A DNA stretch of 63,171 nucleotides, counting the filler, from Octopus bimaculoides (Eukaryota): the NCBI RefSeq assembly GCF_001194135.2. It is 5 parts of 4 records of this genome, joined end to end, with 100 filler letters (N's around TTAATTAATTAA, not from the genome) between each part and the next. Parts side by side here need not be neighbours in the genome. Positions count along the whole stretch, not along the records: positions 1 to 31,436 come from NC_068992.1; 4 more parts are not named here. The stretch is one strand, 5' to 3'. Of this stretch, positions 13,011-26,369 are shown one piece after another. The position numbers and the translations under genes were made by a program. Positions within the stretch are counted from its first letter, which is position 1, and every line of letters begins with the position of its first letter. The notes under the pieces were generated by a model, which searched no databases, had not been told where the DNA came from, and saw only the letters and a program-made list of their open reading frames with translations.

Positions 13011-14289
13011 GACTTTACTTTTGCATTATAAATTTCTCATAAGTTAACATAATAATTTTAATTTAATTGTTTATAACTAATTTCAAGATGATTCAAACTT
13101 AACTTATCTTGAAACACATGCATAATAATTACAAATGTAAATTTCTAGATGCTTAGGAATGCTTAAATCTCTTGTCAGGATGTCCAGCATCACCTCTGAA
13201 GCTTTATAGAATAAGCCCGTACTATGAAAATACATGATTATCCTCTGTTTCAGACATTATGATTCGCAAGTATTATAATGCAATTCTAACAAATCTACCC
13301 ATCTACGATAGAGGAATAAAATGAGGAAGGGAAGTTATAAGTGCAGTATGCATTGAGAAATGTGTTAATGAACTTGATAGATTACTAGCTGATGTCTTAG
13401 AGAAATCACATTATTGTTGGTGATACAGCATTATATTACAGCTGTATGACATGTGTTTGTGACTGAGATATGATGACGATTCACTCGGGAACAGAAATAG
13501 GCTTCCAGCCACTGTATCATGAATGGTTATGCGAACCATTCCTCTAACGAAAGCCAGAGATTCCTTCGTCCATTGCATGAAAAATATTAAGTAAAAAATG
13601 TTATTTAGATATACACTAATTTTAGTTGTTTACACTATTTTACGTTTGTTTATAGTCTTATACACTAAAAGTTCACAAATTATAATTCAATTTAGATTAT
13701 GAATCATATTCCTTTCGATAATCTCAAAATGATTACAAAACTTCTTTGCGGAGGATATTTTCTGTTTGGTCGACTCATATTTTCAAATTGTTGGAGTCCG
13801 TTGCTCTGCTCATAGCGACGTATAACCGGCCGTGTGCAAACATCGGAGTGGGTAAAATTAAACCTACACGATATAAGTGTTGCCTGTGGTTTCTTTGCTC
13901 TGAATATGCGAGCGAAGTCAATAGGTTTGCGAAAGAATCAGACTAAGACTTATCGCTCACTGCTCTATGCGAATAATGCTTGGATGTTCTGGTACAGTGG
14001 TTATTTTGATTGACAAATCTAACATGTGAATAATAGCCACTTTAATGCGCCGTTTCGAACCCTGCTCGAGACTGATACACTTCAATAACCACTAAATAAT
14101 CCCGCACGCTATATACTGACACACTTTTTTTCCATTTTTTTTTGTTACTAACTGGCCTCGTGACCCCCTTTATATCAATGATGAATCTACGTCACTCGTG
14201 GTCGATAAATTTTAAATAAAACTGCAAAGCTGGTTTATCAATTCGAAAGCGATATCCACAAAATAATCGTACTTTCTGATATTTTTAAT

Positions 14290-14771
14290 GCTAAGATCCT
14301 TCCTGACGACCGCCTTTGTAATCCCGGAAAATATCGTAATCGTTGGACCAGCCGTCTGGCCGCGAAGAGGGAAGAGACAAAGAGACGGAGAGACGGACAT
14401 AGCACCAATTATAGTAAGATGACAAATCTATCTATCCAACATAGAAAATAAAGGGATAGTATCGGTAATCTAAACCCTCTAAATTGACGAACTATACAGA
14501 GCGGGTGGGTGGGTAGATTACAGAGTTAATCCTCGTCGCCGGAATTTTAACAAAAACAAAAAAAATAATAATAATCAAGGGTGATTTGTTAATACAAAGC
14601 TTCAGTTCACTAGTTAATCACATTTTTTCGCTAAAAACCTTCCTCATTACCTCCTTCGTAATCATGAAAATCATCGTGACCACTGGTCTAGCCGTTTGAC
14701 AGTCAATAGGGAACAGACAAATAGACGTACAGACGGACAGAAGACGGACACAACACCTATTATAGTAAGAT
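14290..14771 (+). mobile_element. Two tandem copies of a non-autonomous element, possibly Helitron/DINE-like
   Basis: The block ...GGACCAGCCGTCTGGCCGCGAAGAGGGAAGAGAC...GACGGACA..CACC.ATTATAGTAAGAT ends at 14420 and recurs ending at 14771. Classification is from resemblance to known GACA-repeat/AGTAAGAT-ending elements. Confidence 0.45.
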
Positions 14772-15099
14772 ATATATCCTACTCCGACGATTCGTATTGC
14801 ATTTATATTACTTGTTTAAAGTTTAAAAAACAATAACCAATGCTTGGATAAACAGTGGCAACATAACTGAGAGTGCACTAGCTGCTCTAAATGATATTCA
14901 ATGATAAATAATAAAGTGCATATGCACTCATATATACAAAAAAACACTCACACACATGCATATGACTATATAGATATAAATTTATATATGCATATATGTT
15001 TCTCTCACAGAAGTGTTATATTGCTTCATATATATATATATATATATANNNNNNNNNNNNNNNNNNNNNNNNNNNNNNNNNNNNNNNNNNNNNNNNNNG

Positions 15100-15967
15100 T
15101 GTTATATCCCTATCTCCCGGGCTGGGTTTTGAAACCGTATTCTGGTTGATGGTGGCAATGGCATTTCCTTTGTCTTGTCAGCAACCACAGCTATTTTTAG
15201 CGTAGCTGCCCCTTTCCGGTCAGCGAAAGTTCAAAAAAGGCAGGATAGGAATCGTACTGAACTGACCCAGCTTTGGGAGGGGGTAAAGTAACACTATGAG
15301 CTATGGTATTTGGGATGAATAGGAGAACAGGAATTGGCTGGAAGCAGTCGGCCGAAGCAGTTAGCCGAGAATTTGGACCAGTCGAGTGGTAGCGGTCGTC
15401 CGAAGCAGTTGTACAGAGATGAAGTGAAGATGAGAAAGAGATAGCCTATACTCGGAAAGGAACCAGTCAGCCGAAAGAAAGGAATTGAGTGCAGCAAAGG
15501 TTTGTTACAAATATTCTTCCAAGAAATGTATTTGTCTGATGTTTAAAGAAAAAGACTGTTAACTGTGATGTGTAACTGAAAATAGAGAACGAAGAAAAGA
15601 AAGAGCAGAACGAACTTTTGATGGGCTTAATGATTGCAAACCCTTGATTATGTTCACGCAATGTCACACCATTATATGCTATTGAACTGTTATGTAATGT
15701 TTTGAAATGTATTCTCATGTTTATGTAATGCTTTATTCTCATGTTTTTGATGTTATGTAAAAAGAAAAGGTTACCCAACGCATGGTCTTCGTGTTGTTTC
15801 TTCCACCCCTCCTTTTGCCTGTGTTGTTCTTCGTTACGTGCTCCAGCCGGGGCTTATTATTGGTCAGGTGACGGAGGCGAGCTGCTAACTCACTGAGCGT
15901 TCGACGTTCGCGCGCGCGAGTTCTCTCTTCGGTTAAGCAGGTGCTTCGCGTGCGGGCGTTCGTAACA
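15100..15967 (-). mobile_element. Solo LTR (868 bp)
   Basis: TGTTA...TAACA inverted termini, CCAAT and AATAAA on the minus strand, CpG-rich end, no internal coding sequence. Left TSD is hidden in the N-gap. Confidence 0.65.
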
Positions 15968-17395
15968 ATATATATGTAGAAGTCTAGTTTTGCATGCACT
16001 AATCATCTCTATGTAATTAGTGATAAAATTACATTCTCAAGGTGGTATCATAAAATGTTTTCATTTCATGTTTGTATACGAAAGGATATTTTGTAAATGA
16101 ATCAGGTGACAAATAGATGTTAGACGAGGTAATTAGCGATTGTTAATATTAGAAGTAGGGTAATAATTAGACTTTTTTGAAGGTGGATTGATTATAGTTT
16201 AATTATGAAGATATACTTTTACTGTAAAATTTCAATATTATCGTAGCATATCAATGTTGACACAAGCAAGAATACAAGTAAAACAAGAATGTCTCTCAAT
16301 TTCCTAAGATATACGTATATTACATTAAGTGATTACGTAGAGGTATAGGCGTGGAACTCCCAAGCGAAATTCATAATCGACCCTATATTCCAATGTAATG
16401 TAACAACTTCTGTACAAGAAAGGTTAAATAAAAAACAAGATTTATTGCAAAACACATAACATGCAGAAATCGGAAAGTATGTAAATAGTTTACATCATTA
16501 ATATATATCTTCTTAATCTAAATATAATAAATTCACCTTTAAAAAAAAAGGGTAATTGTCCCCCCTGCTTCTTAGAGATTTCCTCCCTAGAAATGCATGT
16601 GCTTCTGTATACGATTAGAAAATATACTTCCTGCTAATAATAAGGAATTAAAATTTATAGCATGTAATTGTAACATTATCACTGCCTACGTAGTCATGAA
16701 TAGCACAAGGAAAAAAGATCGGTTGTGGAAATGTTTTATTGCAAAATCGTATTATTTTGTCTTATATAGAACTTCTATCATTAATGGTATGCATTTTCAT
16801 CCTGCGACTTTAATACTAATGGAATTTTAAGTCTATTTCAGTTGCTCACAAAGATATACCTTCAAGAATTGTCCTTAGTAGTAATCATCGTTATGAGACA
16901 CTCTCTCTTTCTCAGTTAATAGTCTTCATTTATTCATCATTGGTGTTTCCTTTAAATTTAACGTATTCATTTGTTGCATGATTTGCCACATTTATATAAA
17001 GTGTTAATATTTCATTGCCTTGACAAGGGTAAATTTACTTTTAGTATTACCCTTTTCAACCGGAATAACGCTAGGATTGCATTGCATATAAATATCTACA
17101 TACCGTCTTGTTTCGCATCACCTTCATTTGTATGTCACAGTATTTTATTATATTATATAAGAGCAATTTACATATAAACAAACAAATACACTTCTTTCAT
17201 TAGGTTTGCATTAAAAGGGAGACAATAATGTCATGAACTAGGCTTCATTCTTCCCATGGCATAAACGTAGATAAAATAACTCTATTTACGATGATATAGT
17301 ATTTAGTACTCACTAGTAACTGTATTATAAATGCATCGCAATACGTTTGTGTATATCTCGTATATTAAAAATGCATCGCAGTGTGCTAGTTTATC

Positions 17396-17460
<65 letters not shown>

Positions 17461-17589
17461 ATCTATCTTTCTGTCAGTTTGTCTATGTCTCACTCTCAGA
17501 CACTGTATATGTGTATATACATGTTCATTCATATAATTCATACTCAAGCCTACGTACATACAACTTTTGAATAACCTAGAAACAATATT

Positions 17590-17773
17590 TGTCGAAGAAA
17601 AACCAAAAGAAACTAACGTATCGTAGTATAGTTAGTAAGACAAATAAGACCACAGCTGTCTATGTCCATCTACTTCGTACTCTCTCATTATACTGACCGA
17701 CGTCAAGAAATTTATAGCGACTAATACATACCACACCACACTCAGTATCATTATTACTATTATATCCACAACA
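17590..17773 (-). repeat. 3' LTR of the Gypsy element
   Basis: Begins TGTTGTGG right after the PPT. Shares AGTATAG..AGTAAGACA, CCATCTACTTCGTA, CTGACCGACGTCA, TATAGCGACTA and CATTATTACTATTA with 21488-21686. Confidence 0.7.
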
Positions 17774-17783
17774 TCTCCCCTTT
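17774..17783 (-). other. Polypurine tract AAAGGGGAGA
   Basis: Immediately precedes the TG of the 3' LTR. A second PPT-like tract lies at 17851-17860. Confidence 0.7.
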
Positions 17784-17869
17784 GAAGTTTTTATATTTTA
17801 TTAGGGAGTGTCATTTTATTTCTTTTAATAGCAATACTGTCTATATCACATCACCCCCTTGATTTTATT

Positions 17870-20800
17870 TTCCTGGCATACCTGTTGCTGCATTTGGATT
17901 TGGTCTCACACGGTATAGTCTTACGAATTCTTGCAGAACTATCGCATCCGTGACTTCCTTATACCACTTTGTTATATTTCTCTTGAACATATCGACAAAG
18001 GATTCTGCTTGTCCGTTAGATCTGGAATTGAGGCCGAAACCGCATGTAATACAGCGAACGTTTTACAGAACTTTTTCATTTCAAAAGACACAGATTGCCT
18101 TCCATTGTGAGACATCATCATATCTGGGATGTCGAATCTTGCAAACAGCTCATGTAAAAAAATTGTCAAATTTGAGGACGTTGGTTTTCTGCACATATAT
18201 ATTTCTGACCATTTAGAGAAATTATCAACTACCACAAAGTAGTATGGATCGTTTAAAAGAATAAGGAAATCGATGTGTAGTCTCGACCACGGAACATCTA
18301 CTTTTGGCCAAATTTACTTTTGTTTACACTCTTGCACTAAATTTTCGATTTCTCTATCCACTTTTAGCCAGAACACGTAGCTACGCATTTAAGCCTTAAT
18401 CCCCGAAATGCCAGGATGCCCAGCATGCAATTCCCACAACATTTTATTTTGTAGTGTTTCAGGTATCACTACTCTCTATGCAAACCTAACTACGCCATCA
18501 CAAATTGACTATAAGTTCACGTCTTGGCTTCGTTTCGCACCAATTCTGTTCCTATTTACTTTGCCTGATCACAGTGCAGTGTTTTTTCACCTATGTTATG
18601 AATTTTTCCTTTACTGTATTTCGTTTAATATCTTCTAGGGTAACCGGTAATTCGCATACCACATTTCACATTACACTTGTTATTTCTCCATCTGATCTTA
18701 AAGCTGCAATTACCATATCTTCGAATGGCTCGCAATGTTTCAGTATCAAAGCTGGACACAACAACCCTATACATATTTTTATGATAAATATTCCATTTTG
18801 TAATATTGATTCAATAATGTATTGCCTTATCTCCGTAGACTACTTGCTGTGTGTGCCGGTATTCCTGTTTTGGATCTGTATATTGACAGTATCGGGCGAT
18901 AATCCGTTTGTAGACAGAAACTTCTGTCATGAATAAATCTATGTAACTTGTTCACACTGAATATAATTGCTAACGCTTTTCTATCTGACTATAGTTCCTT
19001 TCAGCTGGTAATAGCGACTTAACGCACGGGCTACAGCCTTTTTACTCCCATCATTATATTTGTGCCGAGGCTCGGTTCCTACACCATAATCATTCGCATC
19101 TGCAGCCTATATAATATCCAACTGTGGATCATAATGCTTTAACGATAAGTTAAATAGTAAAATAATTTAACCTTCTCAAATGCTTTCTGGCACTTATCTG
19201 TCCTACACCATTTTGTCTTTTTCTTTCACGGCTCATTGAGCGGGGCCCTTACATTATGTATATCAGGAATGTAAATTTCATAATTATTTACTAAACCCCA
19301 GAAATGCTTGTAGTATACTTACACTATTCGGTATGGGTATATTTTATATCGCAGTTGCTCTGGGTGGATCCGGTTTTCGTCCGTTTTTATCCATTATCTG
19401 GGACAAGTTTCTAATTGTTTCATAAAGAACTCGCATTTACTTCCGTTAACTTGAAACATTGTTATCTAACTTCCTTTTAACGTGTTCTAAATGCTGTCCA
19501 TGTTATTCTCTTTTTATTAGAATATCGTCTAAATAGGTGATAACAAAATCACAGCCACCAAGCACCGTATCCGTTATTTGCTGAAATATGGAAGCAGCCA
19601 CTTTTAAACCAAAGGAAGGCGCTTAAATTTAAATAAGCCACACTGTGTATTTATATATATGCCTCTAGGAGGTCTAATTTTGCGAAGAAATCCCTTTCAG
19701 TCAATTTTTCAAAAACTTCCTCAGGACTTGGAAAATCATAGTTATTTGAGATTAAGCAATCATTTAAATCAGTTGAAAAATCTGCACAACCTCTTAGACT
19801 GCTTTTTTCTTTTTTTTTCCGTAGACCATAGGTGTTGCGCAGTCTGAGTGGTCCGTCTTCTTGACTATTCCTAGGCTTTCAAGTGTTGCACTTTGTTTTA
19901 CTGCATTTTTTGCCTTTGTTTTCGTCCACTTCGTTCGAGAAAACATCTGGAAATAATGTCTTATTTTTTCGATCCAGTCCATCAATCTTATTCGAACCTT
20001 CGACTGAACCGACTATATTACCACACAAAACAATAATGGGCGTATTCCAGAATTTGAATAGTTCCATCCATTCTGTGCCAAATAGATTCACTGAATCTTT
20101 TAGCACATATATTCTTGCCGTTTTCATTTCGTCACAAACAATTACACTACACACAAAATTCACCGACAAAATAGAAGCTTTAAACTGTAACACCATGCGC
20201 TACCTCTGTAGATTTATTCAATTTCGGATTACCGATATACTTCCAAATTTTTACGTTCAAAATGATGATATGACTTCCAGTGTCTAACTGCATTTTTACT
20301 CATAGTTTTAATTTTCATATTTACGAATTTTCTCCTTCTAATATTACCATATTCTTTGGACGACATAATGTTTATTCTTTTTCCGTTGTTGGAACGTTTT
20401 GTCACATTCGTTATACAGTGCATTTTAATGTGTCCAGTTTTTCCCCAACAGTTTTTTCTCAGGTGTAAACCTCCGTATGCAAAACATGAGTTTTTGTTCT
20501 TGATTCTTGTCCTCTTTGTACTGTATTTTAGTACACACTTCATTTCCTTTCTGACTATTTCGCATTTGTTTCACCTGGGAGCAATCTTTATGTTCAATTT
20601 TCTTTGTGCCTTGTCTCAAATTTACTATTCATTCACACTCGTCACAACGTCTTCCTCTGCTGTTAATCTCTGAATAAATATCAGGCACATGAACATATCT
20701 GGCGTCAGTTCGTCCAGCTTGAACTTTCCCATTCCCTGTTAACTCTACCAGCATATGTAATGTAGTCCTCCTCGTTGTTTACTTCTAGGTCCAAGCAGTT

Positions 20801-21390
20801 TCAGCGTGTATTGAACAACAAGCTTTTCACACTAAAACGTTTACACTATAAATCTATTGTATCTATAAAGTTTGCGTCAGAAGGTTTTTTTCGAGATTAC
20901 GCAATCTCTATAACGCTCATGTTCTGCTGCTGCCAGTTTTCATAAGATTAAATGCGTTTTCATATCACCCTCCCAAACTTTGCACTCTTTATTGAAAATG
21001 TTTTCGTATCTTCTATAATAAACCTCGAAGGTAACTCCTTCGTCTGGTTCGTACTTAAACTGTTATCGAGTTCGCAACGTAAGCTGGTGAGAACATTTTG
21101 TCACCATTTCCTGGCGACTTACTCGTGATTAATTGCAGCATTTGTTGTTGTAATAGTAATTGTTGTTGTCGTTGCCTCTGCTGTTGTTCTTGTAGTTTTA
21201 GCTGCCGCTGTTATTCTTTTAGTTGTTGTTGCTGTTACTGTTTTCCTGCTGATGTCCTTGCAGTTGGAGCTGCTGTTGTCGTTGCCTCTGTTGTTGTTCT
21301 TGCAGTCATAGTTGCTGTTGTTGTGGTTCTTTCAGTTGCTGGTTTTGCATCTCGAGTAAACCGGCCAACAAATTTTCTATACTTGTACGA
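17870..21390 (-). pseudogene. gag-pol pseudogene (Gypsy)
   Basis: Gln-rich gag start and YEPDEGVTFE; degenerate zinc knuckle; protease-like ARIYVLKDSVNLFGTEW; RT start LESLGIVKKTDHSDCATPMV; integrase VVDNFSKWSEI...FARFDIPD. Many stops, frameshifts and deletions. Confidence 0.85.
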
Positions 21391-21476
21391 TTCTTTTCCG
21401 TAAAATTCACAAAAAAAACTGTTAAGAAATTCGTAACACCTTGTGAGTTTGTTAATACCTCATGAGTTTGTTAATT

Positions 21477-21486
21477 CCTCATCGCA
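21477..21486 (-). other. Putative primer-binding site TGCGATGAGG
   Basis: One base after the ...CCTACA LTR end; resembles the common Gypsy TGGCGAYGAGG PBS with one G missing. Confidence 0.55.
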
Positions 21487-21487
21487 T

Positions 21488-21686
21488 TGTAGGCCTTAAT
21501 GCTGGATTATTAAAACTCCTACTCTGGTTTGGCAGTATAGTAAGTAAGACAAGACCACCACTATATATCACCATCTACTTCGTAGTCTCTCTTTATTCTG
21601 ACCGACGTCATCTTACTTATAGCGACTAGCACATACCACTTGTCACGTCCGAGGTGTGTACCATTATTACTATTATCCCGACAACG
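21488..21686 (-). repeat. 5' LTR of the Gypsy element
   Basis: Direct repeat of 17590-17773 over about 150 bp; terminal TG changed to CG; followed by the PBS. Confidence 0.7.
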
Positions 21687-23214
21687 GAAACTGACACGAA
21701 TTTTCCAAATCCAACTCCATCACTGGCACGGAGAAAATGTGAAAGACACTCCAAACATTTTATGTATCAGTTTATTTCGAAGAACAGATAGACTCAAATT
21801 ATTGTGTGCATCGCCAGTTCAAGAAACACTCTAATCTACAAATGTGTTGTCGCTTTATTAGCAATCGGTGTAATGTCTCAAGAACTTAAAAATTCAACGC
21901 AAAACATGCATACGTAAATATATAGATACATGCATAATTACATACATACATGCATACATACACACATATAATGACAAATATGAAGAACAGAGAGAGTAAG
22001 GCATTTTACTATAAACTACCATTGTTTCAAGCGAAACAGTCTTGCAACATTATATTAGTATACATGCAAGTATTGATTATTTCCTGTGTGCCATTCTGAT
22101 TAACTCTAATAAGACATGTTGAATAGGATTCTTCAAAATTGCGTAAAAAATAATACACATATTATTTTATAGGCAATCTTGATGAATCTTATTCATGTAA
22201 TTCGAGCTAACATGAATGCCACACGGAAAATAATCAATAGTTGCATGTAACATTATATATTGTTTCAAGATAGATAGTTTTGAATTAAGATAAACCAATT
22301 GTAAATGGAAGTAGTAAAATGAGTCGCTCACTTCATTCTTCTTATTTCACCTTATAAAACTCTATGGATACCTGTGGATTTTTAGAAATTTGTTTCTTAG
22401 TACAAATGATCTCCAGATTACACTGTCTGGAAGCCATTAAACGTGGATGAGCTTAACACGTTAAACACGAGGTTTAAAATTACCGATACATATATATACA
22501 TGTATATACGTATATATATATATATATATATNNNNNNNNNNNNNNNNNNNNNNNNNNNNNNNNNNNNNNNNNNNNNNNNNNNNNNNNNNNNNNNNNNNNN
22601 NNNNNNNNNNNNNNNNNNNNNNNNNNNNNNNNNNNNNNNNNNNNNNNNNNNNNNNNNNNNNNNNNNNNNNNNNNNNNNNNNNNNNNNNNNNNNNNNNNNN
22701 NNNNNNNNNNNNNNNNNNNNNNNNNNNNNNNNNNNNNNNNNNNNNNNNNNNNNNNNNNNNNNNNNNNNNNNNNNNNNNNNNNNNNNNNNNNNNNNNNNNN
22801 NNNNNNNNNNNNNNNNNNNNNNNNNNNNNNNNNNNNNNNNNNNNNNNNNNNNNNNNNNNNNNNNNNNNNNNNNNNNNNNNNNNNNNNNNNNNNNNNNNNN
22901 NNNNNNNNNNNNNNNNNNNNNNNNNNNNNNNNNNNNNNNNNNNNNNNNNNNNNNNNNNNNNNNNNNNNNNNNNNNNNNNNNNNNNNNNNNNNNNNNNNNN
23001 NNNNNNNNNNNNNNNNNNNNNNNNNNNNNNNNNNNNNNNNNNNNNNNNNNNNNNNNNNNNNNNNNNNNNNNNNNNNNNNNNNNNNNNNNNNNNNNNNNNN
23101 NNNNNNNNNNNNNNNNNNNNNTATATATATATAAAGAGAGAGAGAGAGAGAGAGAGTGAGCGTGACAGAGAGAGAGAGAGAGAGAGAGAAAGACCGAGAG
23201 AATGTGTGTTTCAA

Positions 23215-23370
23215 AAGAGAACAATAAGCAGAAACACTTGAAAGAACAACACATAGTGTGCAGTAGTTTAACGCTCAAGAAAGATGAAAGAAATCTTTAA
23301 CGTTTCCAGCCTACGTCATTGAACAGAAAGGAACGAGGAAACAAAAGAGATTAAGACAAAATTGAGAGAC
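23215..23370 (-). mobile_element. Dispersed repeat fragment with degraded hammerhead-like motif (same family as 40640-40860)
   Basis: TTTCTGTTCAATGACGTAGGCTGGAAACGTTAAAGATTTCT...GAGCGTTAAACT aligns with 40731-40800. Confidence 0.6.
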
Positions 23371-23974
23371 AAAATTGTATTCGAATCAACGGTGCTACAC
23401 TCTAGATTGATCGGAAGGAAAGAGACAGCTGGAGGCATGAGTGACGGGGGATACAACACTAACGGGGTAAAAGGGTGCTTGCACAAGCATTTGTGCGCGC
23501 GCGTGCATGCGAGAAGATGTGTGCGTGTGTATACGTATCAATGAATGAGTATGTGTGTAAGCATGTGTGTTGTAAGCACGTGTATGAGTTTGATGACGGT
23601 GAGCGATCGTATGTGCTTGTATGGGAACATGCTTGTACACGTTCCCATACGTGTGAGTAAAGTGATGTGTGTACGTGTGTACTCCGTCTATTTATGTGTG
23701 TGCTATGGCACGTGTGAGGACATGCATATATGTGTGTGCTTGGCTGTCTAACTTATGTTTGTGTGCGGTTATTGTGAAGCTATTAGAACTTTGAGTGTAA
23801 TTGTGTGTGTACAATTGCCTGTATATAGAAGGTATTTTTGTTCCTATATGAGGTCTACAAGCAGCCTGTGTTTGCGCATGGGTGATGTTGTGTCCATTTC
23901 AGGTGCGTGTGTATACACGAGACAGTCAGACATATAAGTGCGTGTGCATACCCCTGTGCAGAGGAGAGTAAAAC

Positions 23975-24019
<45 letters not shown>

Positions 24020-24989
24020 GAGGGAGAGAGAGAGAGAGAAACAGAGAGCGATATAATGAGATAGAACGAGATCTAAATAGATAGGTAGCTAGATGTAATG
24101 ATGCAGATATATGTACGCATTTCGTCTTCCATCTGAATGCTTCAAATAGATAACCGCATTTTACTTTATTGTTTTTATTCACGTCCCGTTTTAAACAATT
24201 CCCCGAGGAAAATTCTTTTACAATTATGTTTAAGGACTCAGAATAAGATTTTATATTAGTTTGTAGGGTTTAGGGTTACGTTTTGAGTTTACAGTGGAAA
24301 CTTCGTGATTGGAGTTACACGGAAAATGAATATAAAACATTCTATTGCACGTCTAATCTCCACTGGATGATTTCAGTCAAACATATTTTCAAGAGAGTTC
24401 TAGAGTTCTAGAGGAATTGTACTGTTTCTTCGATCCAGAAGTTATTGAAAAACATGTGACATTCGCAGCAATAAAAGTGTGAAATTGCATACATATGTAA
24501 CAACTAAGATTCCCCATATATATAGTGATACCCCCACAAATACACACACACCCTCTTATATCTAACATTCCAAACCAATAGTTTTTCTTTTTGTTTTTCT
24601 AATGCGTAAGCATAGAAAAAAACCTAGCAACATTTAGTATCCTATCCTGACCTTCTCCATAAAATACATGAAAACTGTTATAATAAAACTTCACTAAAAA
24701 CCGCCCGTACAAATTATCTAAGATCAATCCAATTTTCAACAAAAATTCTATGAATATTTTCTAAAATATGTTCCCACACTTACAAAGACAAACATTTAAA
24801 CATGCAAGGAGGCTAGAGGAGTAGTCTGGATCAAAGTTATAGCAAGGAGGTTAGAGGAATAACTAGGATAAAATATATAACAGTTGTGATCCTAAGATAG
24901 ATAGACTCTCAGGCCTAGAAATTTTGCAAATATTTTACAATGGCCACTTTTGCATATTATTCATAATTAAATATATACAGTGGGAGAGA

Positions 24990-25157
24990 GATGAGGAAAT
25001 TATTTTATTCTCAAACACAGGGTGATGCTAATAATATGGCATGAACAGTATAGACTATCCATATTTTGCAAATTTCTGCAAAATATGGATAGTTTGTCTT
25101 GATCATGCTATATTATTAGCATCTCCCTGCGTTTGAGAATAAAATTATTTCCTTATC
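24990..25157. repeat. Fold-back inverted repeat, ~81-bp arms and 6-nt loop (probable MITE)
   Basis: GATGAGGAAATTATTTTATTCTCAAACACAGGG...TATTTTGCA / AATTTC / TGCAAAATA...CCCTGCGTTTGAGAATAAAATTATTTCCTTATC; about ten differences by eye. Confidence 0.9.
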
Positions 25158-25197
25158 TAACGCTTCTAAAGCAAACCTTGTTGCCTTTTAACGTAAG

Positions 25198-25252
<55 letters not shown>

Positions 25253-26020
25253 GAAGTACCCTCGGTTGAAAACGAATAAAATATTTATAAAACTATCCCA
25301 TACACTTCATCCCCCTAAACAAATGTTCAAAATCTCAAATCAGTAAACGATTAAATTCTTAGACAATAATGCCCTATTGATAAATATGATTACCAACAAT
25401 ATTTACATCTACCTACATCCCCTTTGGAATATTAAAGCATGGGATTAACAAACGTTCCATAGGAATGATACTGTGACATTGTTATTTGTTAGCCATCGCC
25501 AACCCAATAGAAACGGGTGATAATCACTAAATAAAACTTTAATCTTCAACCCTCTGATCAAAAGATCACATATACTAATATCTTAATGACACCAACAGTA
25601 ATGAAGGAAACATATAAAGCAAAGATGTCGCACCTAAATAGACACACCTGATAACAACATTCTATGTTCAAGAATATTTCCTATTCTATAACACAACTCC
25701 AAATATAATCAATGCAACTTCTCCTTAATACCTCTTCAGAACTAGCTACCAAATTATTCTCACATTCGAAAACGATGTTACTGCGCATTAAAAAATAACG
25801 ATGTTTTTGCCAGGTTTTAGAATGGTTAATAGCATAGAGTACCCAGCCGGTTATTGAGAGGTAAAGGCTTCTATTTGCCATAGATACCTTCCGGCACTTT
25901 TTTCCCCATTGTAAGGATATATACCCGATTTTATAAACTCTCTTCAGTGCATTCTGCGTTTGAGAATTCCCTTATACATACATACCCACATACATACATA
26001 CATACATACATACATACACA

Positions 26021-26070
<50 letters not shown>

Positions 26071-26337
26071 NNNNNNNNNNNNNNNNNNNNNNNNNNNNNN
26101 NNNNNNNNNNNNNNNNNNNNNNNNNNNNNNNNNNNNNNNNNNNNNNNNNNNNNNNNNNNNNNNNNNNNNNNNNNNNNNNNNNNNNNNNNNNNNNNNNNNN
26201 NNNNNNNNNNNNNNNNNNNNNNNNNNNNNNNNNNNNNNNNNNNNNNNNNNNNNNNNNNNNNNNNNNNNNNNNNNNNNNNNNNNNNNNNNNNNNNNNNNNN
26301 NNNNNNNNNNNNNNNNNNNNNNNNNNNNNNNNNNNNN

Positions 26338-26369
<32 letters not shown>

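Larger units (their letters stand above)
17590..21686 (-). mobile_element. Degraded Ty3/Gypsy LTR retrotransposon
   Basis: Related direct repeats at both ends, PBS-like and PPT sites, and gag-PR-RT-RH-IN fragments in Gypsy order on the minus strand. Confidence 0.88.

Noticed and set aside
24520-25900. C/A-skewed stretches (also 9020-9420 and 46660-47080) as Penelope ORF relics
   Set aside because: Composition is suggestive but I found no diagnostic motif.
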